From NCBI GenBank assembly GCA_003344405.1, contig NOWV01000011.1, positions 744,001 to 808,000 on the forward strand: a stretch of DNA of 64,000 bases, written 5' to 3'. Each line of letters begins with the position of its first letter. Within the stretch, counting starts at the first letter, position 1. Positions 26,027 through 40,375 of this stretch are shown in pieces. Source of the stretch: Trichoplax sp. H2. Taxonomy: Eukaryota. Made by a program: the position numbers and the translations under genes. The notes under the pieces are model-generated. The model saw only the letters and a list, made by a program, of their open reading frames with translations. It was not told where the DNA came from and ran no database searches.

Positions 26027-27930
26027 ATTTTGGTCGGCTTGAGTTATTTTTCTGCATGATGCGAAATCTTAATCATTTTAAGACGCTTATATTTAAGCAA
26101 TTTGACTGTCTCAAAGAACTTCTAGTTCTGATCCATTTAAATTATTGTAATTTAAGATACAGTGCAAATATGTCATAATTGATTGTAAATTCGATATTTA
26201 CAGTTTATTACGGTAATAAATCTGTCTTCACTGCTATCACTTACAGTACATGTATGATATATGAAATTATGGAGAATTTATCCTACATTTTTACGGCTAG
26301 TGGAAAGAACTAAAACGTTAGATGTGGCGCTTGAATTTACATTGATATATTGGCCATTTCCATGATAATGTATAAATTTATGATCATATCAATTTGTATC
26401 ATAAAAATATTTGTACCATACCGTAGCATAATAGACATTTTCTTAGTATCCAACTAGTGCATTTCCTCGCTCGTGATATTTCGTGTAACTAGTTTACTGA
26501 TCACCATACTTCAGTCTATGTTATGCAGTCTATGCTGCAATAATTGCATAGCGAAATGCAATCGCGGCAGATCGAATGATCCCCGATTTGGTTTTATTAA
26601 CAAATCTAAATCAGAAAATTTAGGAAGCTGTAGCAGAACAGAAATCTTTGGATTGTTACTTTATAATCTTCACATCTGCTTAAGTAATCGATGTGTGAGA
26701 AGAAAAAGATGATATTATGTGATAGGTAGCTATTATTGGCAAGATTACTTTAATTAGCTTATTTGGTAGCTATCACGGTAATACCTGGATCAATGAAACG
26801 GACTGCTCAAATGATTTTGTTGCATATTTTGGATATATTGGTAATAGAGCATGACGGCGATGCAATGATACTGCTACATTAATATAAATATGAATGTAAA
26901 ACAACGTTGAAACCAATATCGTAGCGGGTATAAATGGATCCATAGAGATTGACTCTTTCTGTAAACAGTTTATGACTTCAGATTATATGATGTTTTAGTT
27001 AACTTCTCTGCGAATTCAGTATGTATTGTATTCTAAATGCCGACATTAGTCGATATGATTAACTAAGATATTTTTTATAAAATAGCTGCATATGCAACAT
27101 GGTTATATGTAAAATTAACTGTAGCTAGAGTAATTGCCCGTTCTAACATTTCTCTTTCTTATTAAATAATAACTCTAATTTGACCGCGATCAGTTAACCC
27201 TAAGAAGATCAAATAGTGTATTATTTCATTCATGTGTGTGGCAGTCAAGCTCATGATGGAGAGTTAAATATTAAAAAAAACTGTACCTCTAAGAAATAAG
27301 AAAGCGAGAGCATTAGGATTATTTAATCCATTACGTATTGCTATAAAATTGGTTTCCCTTACACCTAGAAAGTGATCTAATGATATAACAATATTAAATC
27401 ATAATTTTATAATAGAAATAATTTTCTCCTTTCAATCATTACAACTCGAAAAGTGGTTGGACTATTATTTATGAATCAATACAGCTACAAGTTTTCTAAC
27501 GTAAAAAATGACCGGCATTGATCAATTATGACCTTTGTCTTCGTTTATTTCACTTTGTACTAGTACAGTAGGGAATCCTGTTAAGCTTATGTGAGTGAGG
27601 CTCAAAATATTCCATTCTCAATCAAATTTATTGTTGCAGAATATTAGCAGGCGCTAAATTGAGGCTGGTTCGAGATCGAAATCAAAATAATAATTATTTC
27701 TTTTCGGCTTGATACCATTCAATAGAATGTTTAAGATTTACGTAAAGAATTTAGCACCAGATATAGACTACAATATTACAGGATATAAATAGCTACGTCA
27801 GTACAGTTTTTCCATCATTTTCTTTCGGGTACAAGATCCAGTAAATCACACTTCTCAATAATACGGGTATATTTCCTAGAAATAACTTCTTGCTCGCTAT
27901 CGTCTTGTTACTCATTGTTTAACTTACAAA

Positions 27931-28807
27931 ATGTCCAAATTCATTGCACTTGTTCTCGTCATTGCGACTTTTCTACCCAATGGAATGTCATCGGTATAGC
28001 TAATTATTTAACTTATCTTTTTTAACCATTACGCTATCGATAGAACTATACTAAAAATTCCATTGCTACTTCGATATATAATCAATACGAAATGATATTG
28101 TTGTCTCATAATAGGTTATCAAACATCACCCCAAATCGTGTTATGAAGTCAAAGAGTATCTTCAAGCGACTGAAAATGGATATTACAACTTATTCGATAG
28201 CTTAAGCAGTCCTTATACGACATATTGTGATTTCGAATCAGAACCACCGTTCGTATGGACATTAATAGAGTCATTTTCTTTAGAAGAAGGTCAAAAAACA
28301 ATTAATCGAAAAGGCTTTGTTGAAAATCATCCAGTTGGAGAATGTCATCTGTCATGGGCAGCATTTCGACTATCCAAAATCAGAATGGATACGGTTTTTG
28401 GCTCGTATGGATCAACACATTATCGTGCAACGTGTAATTTTAATGTTGTTAATGGAACAGGATTAGTAAATCGTGTCGATTACATGCGTGGAGAGTTTTG
28501 TCATAATACGTATATATTTAAGTCTTATGGTGCATATCTATGCCGTGTCGTTGATTATGTGAATATACGTGGACACGTCTGTCGCAAGTGTACATTGCCA
28601 TTTTATGCTACAACAACCTACCATAATCATATCGATCTTACCTATTCGGCTTCTCACTGTAGCAAATTCGCTGTTCCAGATGCGATTACGAATGAAGATG
28701 TTTTCGGCCAATATTCTAATTCTAATCCCTTATTTTCGTGTGTAGCTAATAAAAACTCTACGACCAATTGGTGGATCGGTGGAGCTTATGTTGCAGAAGC
28801 ATTTTAG
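27931..28807 (+). CDS. Family copy 7 (subfamily B), intact, 251 aa; exons 27931-27993 and 28115-28807
   Basis: MSKFIALVLVIATFLPNGMSS | VIKHHPKSCYEVKEYLQATENGYYNLFDSLSSPYTTYCDFESEPPFVWTLIES..., in frame with ORF 28385..28807. Confidence 0.9.
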
Positions 28808-30445
28808 AATTCTAGTATTTTGAAGACATGTATCCTGATCATCAGGGATGAAGGCCAACTTTACTGCATTTTACTCTAATTTAACTTTTGATCAATAATT
28901 ATACTTGTAATGCAATATTAGATAGTGGTGTTAAATATTTTAGTACTAGCAGTATTTCTTAGGATATGACGTAAAAATCTTTCTGGAACAGTTTTTGAAA
29001 AGAAATCGACAAGTATAGCAGGGCACGATTTCTGGTAGATAAATGATCAATTTTACGATAACTAATTGTAGTTATGTATAATTGCGCTGAGATTCTGAGT
29101 AGAAACTATATTACAAGCATACTCATATTTTTTTCGATATATCCTACGTTTGCTATTGTAATCATTTTAGTTGCTCTGCACGTTAATATGCCATCATAGA
29201 CTACAGGTATTTTCTTTTCTTGCTTATGCTACGAATTTAATAAAATTTTTTTTTATCTTATTTGACAACTTGAAACAATATCGCCTTAATAAATCAAATG
29301 TCAATAGATCTATTGAAACCAGAAAGGAAATGATAATAAATAGGGAGTAAATCCGTTATTCGTTACTAAATCGCATGATAAAGTGACATATTTTAGTCAG
29401 CTGCAGTTCTCTTAGCTACTGCTTCCGATAGTTTAATTGAAGGAGATTAGCATATTTTGTGCCTCAAATTTATTGCTTTGAAACCGGTTTAAGTGATGTG
29501 GATAAAGGTACTCGTATACTCGTAAATAAATTTCAGAGCAAATGGTTTTAAGTAAAATCATTTCAAAGCTCACCAACACATTACAGTAACTGCAAGCGAT
29601 TCAACTCCACTCCTCTAGATCAAGAGTAAAATATGTTTTTAAAATGATGTTGTAATTTAAGGTTTTAGCGCATGTACTGCACTACCTTACTGGAGGGGCT
29701 TTATCATGTAATCAAGAATCGAAAAGGCATGAAACCGAGGTAAAGGCTAATTCATCTAAATTTGTTGCATATACAACAACGTTCTTTTATCACCATGGAT
29801 GATTATAAAAATTTGCTTAGTAATGATAAAATTATTTCCGTAGAGTATGAATAAGAGTAAAGCCAATATGGAAGTCCTATTATATAATCGATATGATGTA
29901 TTTTGTTCCAAAACAGGACTATGAGTCCACTTTGTATACACAGCAATTAATCATCTCTCTAGATGCTTTCTAACCACTGCGTGAAGATAATCAGTAATAG
30001 TTTAGATCCAAATTCAAAACGAGGCTAAGGGTAAGTATATCTCTTCAAGGTCATTATAACTATTGTTCTCATTTAAGTAGGACCACCTACTTGAGATCAG
30101 CCTATAGAGAAGTTTTTAATTGTATTTTCTGCAAGTTTTTCAGTACACATCTCAGTAAATAATGTTAATCAATCTTTCGCTAATCGGGTAGTAATTATTA
30201 AACTACATAAATTACTGCTTCGAAAAATATCTATTAATTCGTGAACCGACTATCACTTTCTGCTTATGAATGTCGTATAAGTATCTTATTCCTTCAAAGT
30301 ATAGATGACTTTGCAAGTCAGTCCATTTTTTTCTACCTAAATATTTGATGTTTTGTCAAGACCAGGCAACCTTTAAAGCGTTAACTAGTTATTAATAATT
30401 AATAATAGCACGATAACGTGCTTATAATTTAGGCAATCCTTTAAC

Positions 30446-30840
30446 ATGACTTCTACAGCATCTTTTGCGATAATAGCTATAGTGGTTGTGCCCGTAATCC
30501 TATCATCGGTAAGTTCAATCTTCAAATTTTTTGTTCTATTAACGATAGTTTACAATCATAAGGATATGTGAAAAAGTAAAGTCTTATAACTATAATAATT
30601 TGAATTAATTTACACTAATAGGTATACTACAAGCCTCAATCCTGTTCTGAAGTCAAGCAATATCTAAAGCCTTCTGAGAGCGGTTACTTTACGTTATATG
30701 ATTCTGGTGGCAACTCATTTAAAAGCTTCTGTGATTTTCAGCCGAAACACTGGTTTACTTGGACTTTTCTTGAATCGTTAATAATAAAGATTGGCCAATA
30801 TCAAGAGGTCGAGCCGATATGCATGATGCTGTATCATTAA
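30446..30840 (+). CDS. Family copy 8, truncated open version (93 aa, N-terminal subdomain only) or pseudogene; exons 30446-30508 and 30622-30840
   Basis: MTSTASFAIIAIVVVPVILSS|GTAAGT...TAG|VYYKPQSCSEVKQYLKPSESGYFTLYDSGGNSFKSFCDFQPKHWFTWTFLESLIIKIGQYQEVEPICMMLYH*. No downstream family homology seen. Confidence 0.6.
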
Positions 30841-32519
30841 ATTTTACCTAAAGTGCACATAATTCACAAGGAGGGATGACAGAGGGTTTTCGCGTCTAAT
30901 TTTCTCTCGTTTTGTGGGAGAGATCAACGAAAATCTAAAATAATTCCTATTAATTACCAATGTAAAGTTCAGATTACATTCATTCTTTTTCTATGGTTAA
31001 AATTATAATGAAATTATTATTACATATCGCCTCAAATTGGTACATGCATACTCAGTAATGTAACTTGATAATACCTAATAACTATTTTATATTAAAAATT
31101 ATTGCATTATTTGCCTTAATCTTCGTCTTACGATGGTCCGTTATACAGTAAATTAAACTTTTCTTCTGTAGTGAAGTCTCACCATTTCATCTCCGTAATT
31201 CTAATAAAACAATGTTACATACTTTGATTGACGAGCAATACATCAGTTTGACGGGTAACTACTTCTGACGAAACAGAACTGATTACTTTGCGCAGTAAAA
31301 GATAACTTAACTTTGTAATAAACTATAATAAAATCTGCTATTTGAGACTATACGTACTCTGTATACTAGAATGATTATAAGCATAGGCCTAGTTTGCAAA
31401 TTCTATTTTTTTCACAGCATAGCCAGAAAAGAATTCAATAATATGAAATAAACCCTTAAAATTAGTACTACTTTACGTCGTAAGAAGGTAAACATTGATG
31501 CAGGAGGAAGAAAAGGGAGATGAAGTCGTATTAAAACGGTCATCACAAAGCCTCTCTAATCTTGATAAAGAAGTAATCATCAATTGAATTTATGGTAATA
31601 TAAGTAATTTACTAAGGTGCAAAATTTGTAACGAGGTTTGCTATAAGATGTTGTTAATGAGTTTAGCCGCTCTAGAACGCAAAGGAAACTGGAGTGCATA
31701 GAACATTTGAATTAACTTTAAATTCATGCTAACCCTGTATCAAATTTTACATTAAGTTATGCACCTCAGTAAATCTTATGCAAGATGCTTCAACTCATGT
31801 AGTAAAAATGGGGATAATATGTACGGTAACGAAAGAGCAAAGACAGAGGAAATTATAATTATTAACATTACTACTATAATCAGCACGACTAGAAGTTTCC
31901 ACTTTGGACAACTAGTATGAAATCGTCTGCGCAAATAATTTTATCACATTGCATCTGGACCTTACTTTATAGCAGCAAATTATTGCGTCTGAACTACGGC
32001 ATCTTATGAGTTTACATTCAATGTATCATAAAAAAGTTGTTGATGCCTAACTAGCAGCCCTGATATGATTAGCTCGAACTTGTGGCTCATCTTCTGCCAT
32101 TTAATGTCAACGGCTTAATAAATGCAAGGCTCAAGTAATTACTCATTATTAGAGCATTTAAAGTATTCGAAAGACAGCCTCTTGCGGAGATGACTTCACT
32201 GTTTATCAAAGTGAGGTAGACTACATGCCGTAATTCTCGGGCGTAGAAATCTTTATTCTTTTAATTGTTGTATTATATCCAATGGCATTGGTATCTCAAA
32301 TTGAGGCTAACAACAAAAGGAATTAATACAGTGATCTACCTATTCATCAACTCTAGATGTTTGCAGTCATCAAGTACCGTACTATCAGAAATAATAAAAT
32401 TTTTAAGTATAAATTTGAACAACATCAAAATATGCCAGTATTCTGCAGAAATTTTGTATTTCGAGAGCAACTTTTTGAATAGCTCAACTGAACACTCTTA
32501 ACTACTCATTAAATTCAGG

Positions 32520-33370
32520 ATGGCAAAAACCTCACATCTTCTTCTTGCAATCGTGGCTCTACTACCATTTGTTATATCTAAAGTAAGTTTCAATAGTCCT
32601 CCTATCTTCAATTCCGAGATTCTGCACTAATTGCGACTTCAATAATTTGAGTTTTATTTATAAAATATTTACCGGTATATCCACTTCTGTAGATGCATCA
32701 TAAACCTTAATCGTGCTATAAAGTCAAGCAATACCTTAATCCTACAGAAAGCGGGTTTTTTACTTTATACGATGTTAACAATAACCCATTCCGAAGCTTT
32801 TGCGATTTCGAATCAGAATCACCTTTCGTCTGGACATTAATCGAATCTTTAACATTGGAAAACGCTCAAAAAGCGCCTTTTCGTAAAAGCTTCGAGATTA
32901 ATCTTCCATTAGGCAAATGTAACACATCAATGTCTCTATTTCGTTTAACATCAGCTCATAGAAGCTCAATTTTAGGTGCGTACGGATCGAAACACTATCG
33001 TTCGACCTGCAATTTTGATATTGATATGGGAACTGGCTTAGCTAATCGTCGTGATTATTTAAGATTTTCCGCATGTAAAGGCCTTTATATTCTTACCACT
33101 AACAGTGCTCGTTGTGTAGAAGTAGATTATATCAACGTTAGAGGGCAATCATGTAGAAAATGCAGCGTACCATTTTACAGTTCTACATCACAGCATCTTC
33201 ACATCGATCTCATTGTGGCTAGTACCTACTGTAGAAAATTTGTTGTTACTGACCATATTGCAAATGAAGACGTTTTCGGTCACTATAGCAATCTTAATCC
33301 TACATTTTCTTGCGCCACAAATAAAAATTCAACTACTGCTTGGTGGATAGGAGGAGCATTCATCGAATGA
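32520..33370 (+). pseudogene. Family copy 9 (subfamily B), full length except one in-frame TAA at 32708-32710; exons 32520-32582 and 32693-33370
   Basis: MAKTSHLLLAIVALLPFVISK | MHHKP*SCYKVKQYLNPTESGFFTLYD...FCDFESESPFVWTLIES, then ORF 32855..33370 with all conserved Cys. Confidence 0.8.
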
Positions 33371-35224
33371 ACTTTTCTCGTACCGTATTTGTCAGCACAT
33401 GTTCGCGTCTCCGTTGATTGTTTCTACAAGATTTTCGATTATTTGCTATGAATATTAGATCTATTCTAGCACCATTTTAGCGTATTTAAATCAGATGTTA
33501 TAACCACAATTCAACTTCGTATCATTATGGTAGATCTCTACTATTATTAACATGTAATAGATCGCACTTGATCATGTAAGATAGCTGATAATGACTTCAT
33601 GTGTGTTCTCTATACCTTGCATCTCCTACCGAGATACCAATTAGCAAATTTTAGCCTTATAATAAGGCTTATTTATTTTAAAGTCAATTCTGTACATAAG
33701 TTAAACGATTAACCTTCCTAATATGAAAGGATATGAGTAATAAGTATGCATATGATTATGCTTAAGCAGGTCAAATAAATACGAAGGCGAAAAGATGCAT
33801 TTTACTTAGCGATCCTTGTCAGCACCTATAAAAGTAGGTTTCGCCGCGGCCCTTTACATCTTAAAACTTCCTTTTTAATAATTTGACTATAAATGCGCAT
33901 TATCGATATCGCTGATAGAAGTAATATTACAATGGACGAAAAATTCAAATAAAACTACCAACTTCTGAATCCCAACGCAAGGAAATTAGGGGAAAGCACA
34001 GTTTATTATAATAACTATCTAAAAATTCTATTAATTGTACATGATAAATTACAAAAAGGGCAGAATTGCTGCCTTAACCAATCAAATTATCAACGTAAAA
34101 TACGATTTACTGACGAATTAGGTAAATTATTTACTTCACCTTCTCTATCTTGAACTACTAAGCTATTGAACTAGGCCATCTTTTATTTGCCACATAGAGC
34201 AGTAGTTAGATTACTATCTTACAGTACCGTTCTAAAGTAATCCTAATCAAACTAGCAATTGAACGCATATGATAAACAAATTATACCCTAGATTCCCGAA
34301 AGACTAAATTAATAAAAATTAACCGTAATTTAACTACAACAAGGATTTCCTACAGTATACGAAAGGTAACTATAATAAAGCATTATAAAAGATCATCAAT
34401 CTTAAATTAGAATCCTGATTAGAACTTTCAGGTTTTCAGTGTATTTCGTTATAAAATAATGTCATTTCTGGTGTAACTTCTAGTCAAGTTAGCTGCTAAT
34501 TTTAAGATTGCAACTTGATTGCTGTATTATCTAAATATATGGCCAAATTTACAATCTTACATTGTGCAACTCTTAGCAAAATTAAGTTAACGAATGCTAT
34601 TAAATTCTAGTCAGAACAAAGTGGTCATGTTTACGATATATTAAAACACTAAGTAGAATCTGCCATAATTAAATCAAATTAAATTACTTTTTAAGTCACA
34701 TTACTTACTGAAATTAAATAAACTTGAAGAATTCTAAAAATTAACCTTCATTACGTAGATTTTACTAAATTATCAATTAAAATACAGTATACTACATGAT
34801 GTTGTATGGCTACATTTAGGACTACTGGTACCGATATGAAAATTATCTTACTTTACAGCTTACACTTATAGCCATGTAGCAGCCTACAACTGTTAATGCT
34901 TTAGATTGAAAATTATTTACTAAATACAAGCAGACACTGTTCTTCTCAGCAAGAGGCTTAAAGATGTTGATGAACGCATCTCATCGGTTGCTTGTACCTC
35001 TTAATAACTTTTATCTTAAATACTTTAAGATTCGATCGATTTTTTTCAGAATAAATTGCGATATACTGTATGTGAATGAAGTTTCGTCTAATATTAATAC
35101 TAGTAGCTCGTATTAGTCATGTTTGAGTTGTGGCAATGAATAAGTGGAAGAATAAAATCAGTATCGTCTCTAATATCAATTCAATCATAATACGGCTCGG
35201 TACTGCATCGGGAAGCAATAATTA

Positions 35225-35436
35225 ACAACAATTATCTTAATATAGCTGTTGTGTTAAGAGCCTCAAATCATTTCTTTCCTAGGAGCAATGTCAAAATATC
35301 CATAGCACATATCGTAAGAATGATTGTTGAGCTACAACAATTGCCTTCATAGCTATTTTATTAAGAGCCTCAAAATCATTTCTCCTACGAAAAAATGTCA
35401 TAATATCCATCGTACACATAATAGGAATAATTGCTA
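35225..35436. repeat. Tandem duplication, ~108-bp unit, 2 copies
   Basis: ttaagagcctcaaa(a)tcatttct...aatgtca.aatatccat..cac at ~35254 and ~35361. Confidence 0.75.
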
Positions 35437-36275
35437 CACTGTGTATGATCAGCTCAATATCACTTCTTGTTCATTTACTAGCACAGAGAACTCGAAATAA
35501 GATGGAATAATTTTGCATAACAATGGAAGTAGAGCCAAGAAATGAATAATATGCATCCAATAAAATTTCCGCTACCATTACCAGAATTCATTTACTATAT
35601 TCTGGCTGGTTAGTTGAATATCAAGCAAGTAACCAGGAAGCGGATTTCTAAAATTTGGGAATAAGGAAAGTTGCAATTTTCTCGTTAATTAAAAGATGTA
35701 ACATTTATTAGGTACGATATCGATACAGTTTTAAGCAGAGGGGCTCAAATCTTTAATTTGAAATTTTAGAATAGACTCCCATACTGCAATTTATCTCGTA
35801 TTACAAAGGATTGACTAAGATTGTGTTTATTAAATGACATCAACAAATTTCCCGTTTTCAAATCACTGATTATGGGAACGAGGCTATATTGATTTTATAA
35901 TTGACAGCTAATCATTGAATCGCTCCACGATGTCACCTCTACGCACATGATTTCTATAGGCTCCATTTCCACTTTTTACTTTATAATCAATTATTGTGAA
36001 TGAATGTATCGAAGGTAAATAATTTCAATATCTAATTAATAGTCTTACAAGAGTCGAAAGAATATAGACTGATAGCGAGGACACCATTGTTCCCTAACGT
36101 AAATATTTCCCCTTATTCATGAGTGTCAAATATATTCTATTCACTAAAGCATTACAGTTAGAATCACTTATAAGTAATAAAACGTTCAGTATATAGCGGT
36201 TATAAATCAGAACTACGATTTTGTGACAAAGATCATTCGCTCGAAAATCATCTTTACAAGATTGTAATTGCAGAC

Positions 36276-37127
36276 ATGGCAAAACTTTGTTTTCTAATCC
36301 TTATGGCGTTTGCCATCGTTCCTGCGGTAATGTCTTCGGTAAGTTTGCCATAATTATATTATCCTATTATTCAAACGAGTGTTTGATTTCTTAAACAAGT
36401 TATTTTATTCTATCTTCATCGCACAAAGGTAATCAAGCATAAGCCTAAATCGTGCCATGAAATAAAAGAGTTTATGCAAACAACCGAAAATGGATTCTAT
36501 AACCTGTTCGATTCTAATCTCAGCCCATATACAACTTATTGCGATTTCGAATCGGAGCCCCCATTCATTTGGACCTTAATTGAATCCGTTACCTTACACG
36601 AAGCCCAACAGTTAGAAAACCGAAAATCTTTTTATTATGACCATCCTCTTGCTGAGTGTCATATAAATTGGAATAAATTCCGTTTATCTAAAGTTCGAAT
36701 ACAAAGTATCCAAGGTTCATACGGTACAACGCATTATCGAGTTACTTGCAACTTTAACCCTGTTAATGGAACTGGCTTAACAAACCATCGCGATTACCTT
36801 CGAGGTTCTCTCTGTCAATACACGAACTTTTATAGTGCCACCTCAAGTTACTATTGCGTTCGCGTTGATTACATTAACGTTCGAGGAAAACTTTGCCGAA
36901 AGTGCAGGGTACCATTTTATGGAGGTAATACAAATCATCAGTTTGTTGATTTGGGAACAGCAGCAACAGCTTGCGATAGATTCGACGTTCCGGATAAAAT
37001 ATCGAGTGAAGATGTATTTGGAAACTACAAAAATGTCAATCCACAGTTCTCTTGCTCCGCCAATTCCAATTCTACAACCAATTGGTGGTTAGGCGGTGCT
37101 TTCATTGCAGAACAATTAATATATTAA
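36276..37127 (+). CDS. Family copy 10 (subfamily B), intact, 253 aa; exons 36276-36338 and 36429-37127
   Basis: MAKLCFLILMAFAIVPAVMSS|GTAAGT...AAG|VIKHKPKSCHEIKEF, then ORF 36474..37127. Confidence 0.92.
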
Positions 37128-39102
37128 ACTATTTCTTTGATAGCTAGTTTAGTAAACGATCCTTACTTTCTACTTTAGTACTCAACTACTGTCTCGCCGT
37201 CTTTATCAAGAGTCCGGTTATTAATTCGATAGAAATTAGACTATTAGAAGTAGTTAATTTTCCTTCTAGCGGACTAGTTTTCATATTGTTGTTTGATAAA
37301 AATTTTAGTTTGCAAACGGAAAGGAAGCTGTGCTGTGAAATTGTAACCTTTACATCATTTTTACCGTTACTGTATCCTCCTGTTCGTAATTTTTACGTTA
37401 AAATCTCCTGAAAATTCGTTAAATGTTATTGCAGCATAAAATTTAGTAGAAGAGGAATCGATAGATAAGATTTCGACCATTTGAAACCTTAATAAAAATA
37501 AAATACGCCAACTTCCTTTAATAATTTTACTCTCATTGTGACTAACTAAAAATGTCTTCATTCAATATTCTCAACTACTATTCTTTTTACTGACCAACGA
37601 TGCAATAATCTGCGCTAGCATATTAACAAAGATCTATTTGAGTACATAAGGCAATTGTAAGGAAAGTGTTAATCATCTTTCTTTCGTACTTATATCATAT
37701 TCCTGATTATTGATGCCTTACTAATTCACTTTCTACCGACATACATGATATGATATGTTACAATTTTAATTAGTTCAGGGATGTTCCGATTGTATTGAAA
37801 TTAGTTACTGATATGTGGCTTACGTATGAATTTCGGCCAACACTTGATAGAAATTTACACACAACTATCGCTATAGTTGTTCCAGTTAGTACTATCAATA
37901 AATATGGCAAACTGCCGCTACATTTGATTGCCCTAGGCCGCCGAAACTCTTTCTAAAACTACACACCTACGCTCTTCAACTGCATATGTAGTAATTGGCC
38001 AAAAGTTTTGTTACAGTAACCTACACTGTGGCCGTTGTCAATTAATATTAATTTTAGAGCTACACGCGTATTAACCAAAAGTATTTCAATTGAAACCACA
38101 AGTGCTTTTGCTCAAGTAATGTACATAGTAACTCTTTAGTCTCAAGCTGAGAAATTACAGTGATACAAGGTCATTTGGCTCTCAAAATCCCTAACGCAAC
38201 ATTATTTTAATCCCGAATTCAACTTTTTTATGCTATTACTATTTCTTGATCAATTTATGATTTGCAACTACGTGCTCATAGAATTCAAATAGCCCGAAAA
38301 CGAGGCTTTAAAAATAATACCTTTGGCAGTAAACATAATAAGAATGGAATTTGGGCTAATGCTCGAATTGAGATAGTTAATTAAGTACAGAATTAGGTCG
38401 ACAGCAGCTAAGATTTTTTATCAATTAAAAGTATAGAGTATATTTATGCTAGTTTCGCTATCTTACGAACTCACGATCGAATCCTGAAGTTTTACCGAGT
38501 TGGATACACTGATTCGATAATTTTGGGATAAATTGAATCAATTTTCAGATGGTACCAGATATTGCATTCTACTGCATTATATTTTTCTCCCAGATTATAA
38601 TACCACTACAGAGTATTATGTTGAGTTGATACGACTAACCTAACAGATGGTAATTTTGCAGGTGGCGATAACTGTACGCACCATGCTATCAGTTTAGTAC
38701 CCTAACTACTGGAAATATTAAAAAGATCGTAAATGCTCTACATTAATAGTATAAATAATTATATAATTTAATCTGTCTGGTTTATAGTTGCTAATCAAGT
38801 TGCTCGATATTAAATATATATCATGACGAAACCATTTTTGCTTTCTTTACCTCCTTCAGTTTAATACTTCTACAATATTTCAGAAAGTTTGAACGGCCAG
38901 AATACGAAGACAATTTTCATGTCGTGTTTATAAATATCTTGATCTTTCGACCATACGAGTATGTTAATAGTATTTTTCTCCTCCCTAGACTACTGCTTTT
39001 CAACTTTCTGACGGCACGATATTTTCAAGATTTATATATGAGAGAACAAACGGATTACAGCGAGTAAAGGTCTATTCGCATTTAAGTTGATATACCATGA
39101 TG

Positions 39103-39550
39103 TGTTGTGATAGATAAGGCAATGAATTACTAAAACAAGTATATAATACGGTATTACAGCTATACTATTTAAAAACAGTAAATCCTAAATAAAAAGTGAT
39201 TTCTAGTAAGCCTACTAGGTGAAGTGTATCAAAATCCCTCGTGCCAACATTAACAACTAAGCGTGGAAACACAACGGCTAGCACTGAAATTCATTGTAGA
39301 AATCTATTTAAGCTCGTGTGTTTGTAGAATAAATCAGTAGTTGCTCAAGAATGGTGTAAGACTAGTGTAGTGAAGAATAGTGTAATATATTTAGTTATCT
39401 GTGGAGTTCAGTTAAGAAATCGAGTTCTCGTATATCACTAACATAGAAACTGGAGATACTGGAAGAAGTAACCCGAGTTATTATAGTTACAAGAGAGATT
39501 CTTTACTTAGTTAATTTACGTTTCCTTTGTCATAAGAGAGGGTTGTGACA
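39103..39550 (+). mobile_element. Degenerate solo-LTR-like element
   Basis: Likely start TGTTGTGA (as at 45861). TATTTAAGCTCG plus GAATAAA as in the 8493 element. Ends TGTCATAAGAGAGGGTTGTGACA. No target-site duplication found, so the 5' boundary is uncertain. Confidence 0.5.
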
Positions 39551-40375
39551 GTACTCTTTTTACAAATTTATAGAAAATCGGTGAATACTTCTTAAAATTT
39601 TAAGGAAGACTACGACTATAGATATATTTGTAGCACTGCTATTTTATCAATTAATGGCTTTATTGACATAAAATATTGCGGAAGTCCATCAAGCGTAAGA
39701 CAGTGGAAATAAAGTGTGACGGAGGTGCACTGCCTTATGTGCTGGAATCGTCTGTAATACCGGTATCGTTAATGTTTTTTATCGTGATCATGAATAGCAA
39801 ACGTTGAAGAATATGCCATAATAGAATTTCAAATATGTTTCATATTCGAATTATGACGGTTATACGGTTTTTTATTGAATGGCCCTTGTACAATAACCAT
39901 TATTCAAAGTTTTTAAATCAGTGTGTTACTGCAATAATTGCGTCTCACAATAACTATCTTAGTCAAATGGTATTTTTTAAAAGGCTTTCATTACAAGTTA
40001 GTGATTTCAGCTAATTACAGTAATTTAGGGCTAACAACCCGTACACTACAACAAGATTTTAGAAATAGTAGAGCAATAATTAATTACTACAAGAATCTAG
40101 TCTAAAATTGAAAGTATTCCGAGCTCAAAGCGAAGTGAAGTCTCTTCTCCATCGTAGGCTCATCTCTGCAGTTCTTATAAACATTTCGTTAAATCCATTT
40201 ATGACAACTTGATTCATCTACAATCAGACATGAGTCATCAAACAAAAATACTTTTTTTAAATGGTACATCATTATCTTCTACAGTCTAAAATAATTCTAC
40301 TTAAGATGTCGCTACTCTTCTATCAACGTCTAGCCCCTTTCGTATAATCAAATATGGGTGCATCACTACAGTTAC

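Noticed and set aside
26460-26712. Cys-rich ORF (79 aa), or its reverse strand, as another family relic
   Set aside because: Careful reverse translation gives only a chance CxxC followed by stops; no diagnostic family motif or splice structure.
39715-39724. TGTGACGGAG identical to the first 10 nt of the 18487 LTR (also TGTGACGG near 43788)
   Set aside because: Similarity does not extend, and no matching 3' end or target-site duplication was found.
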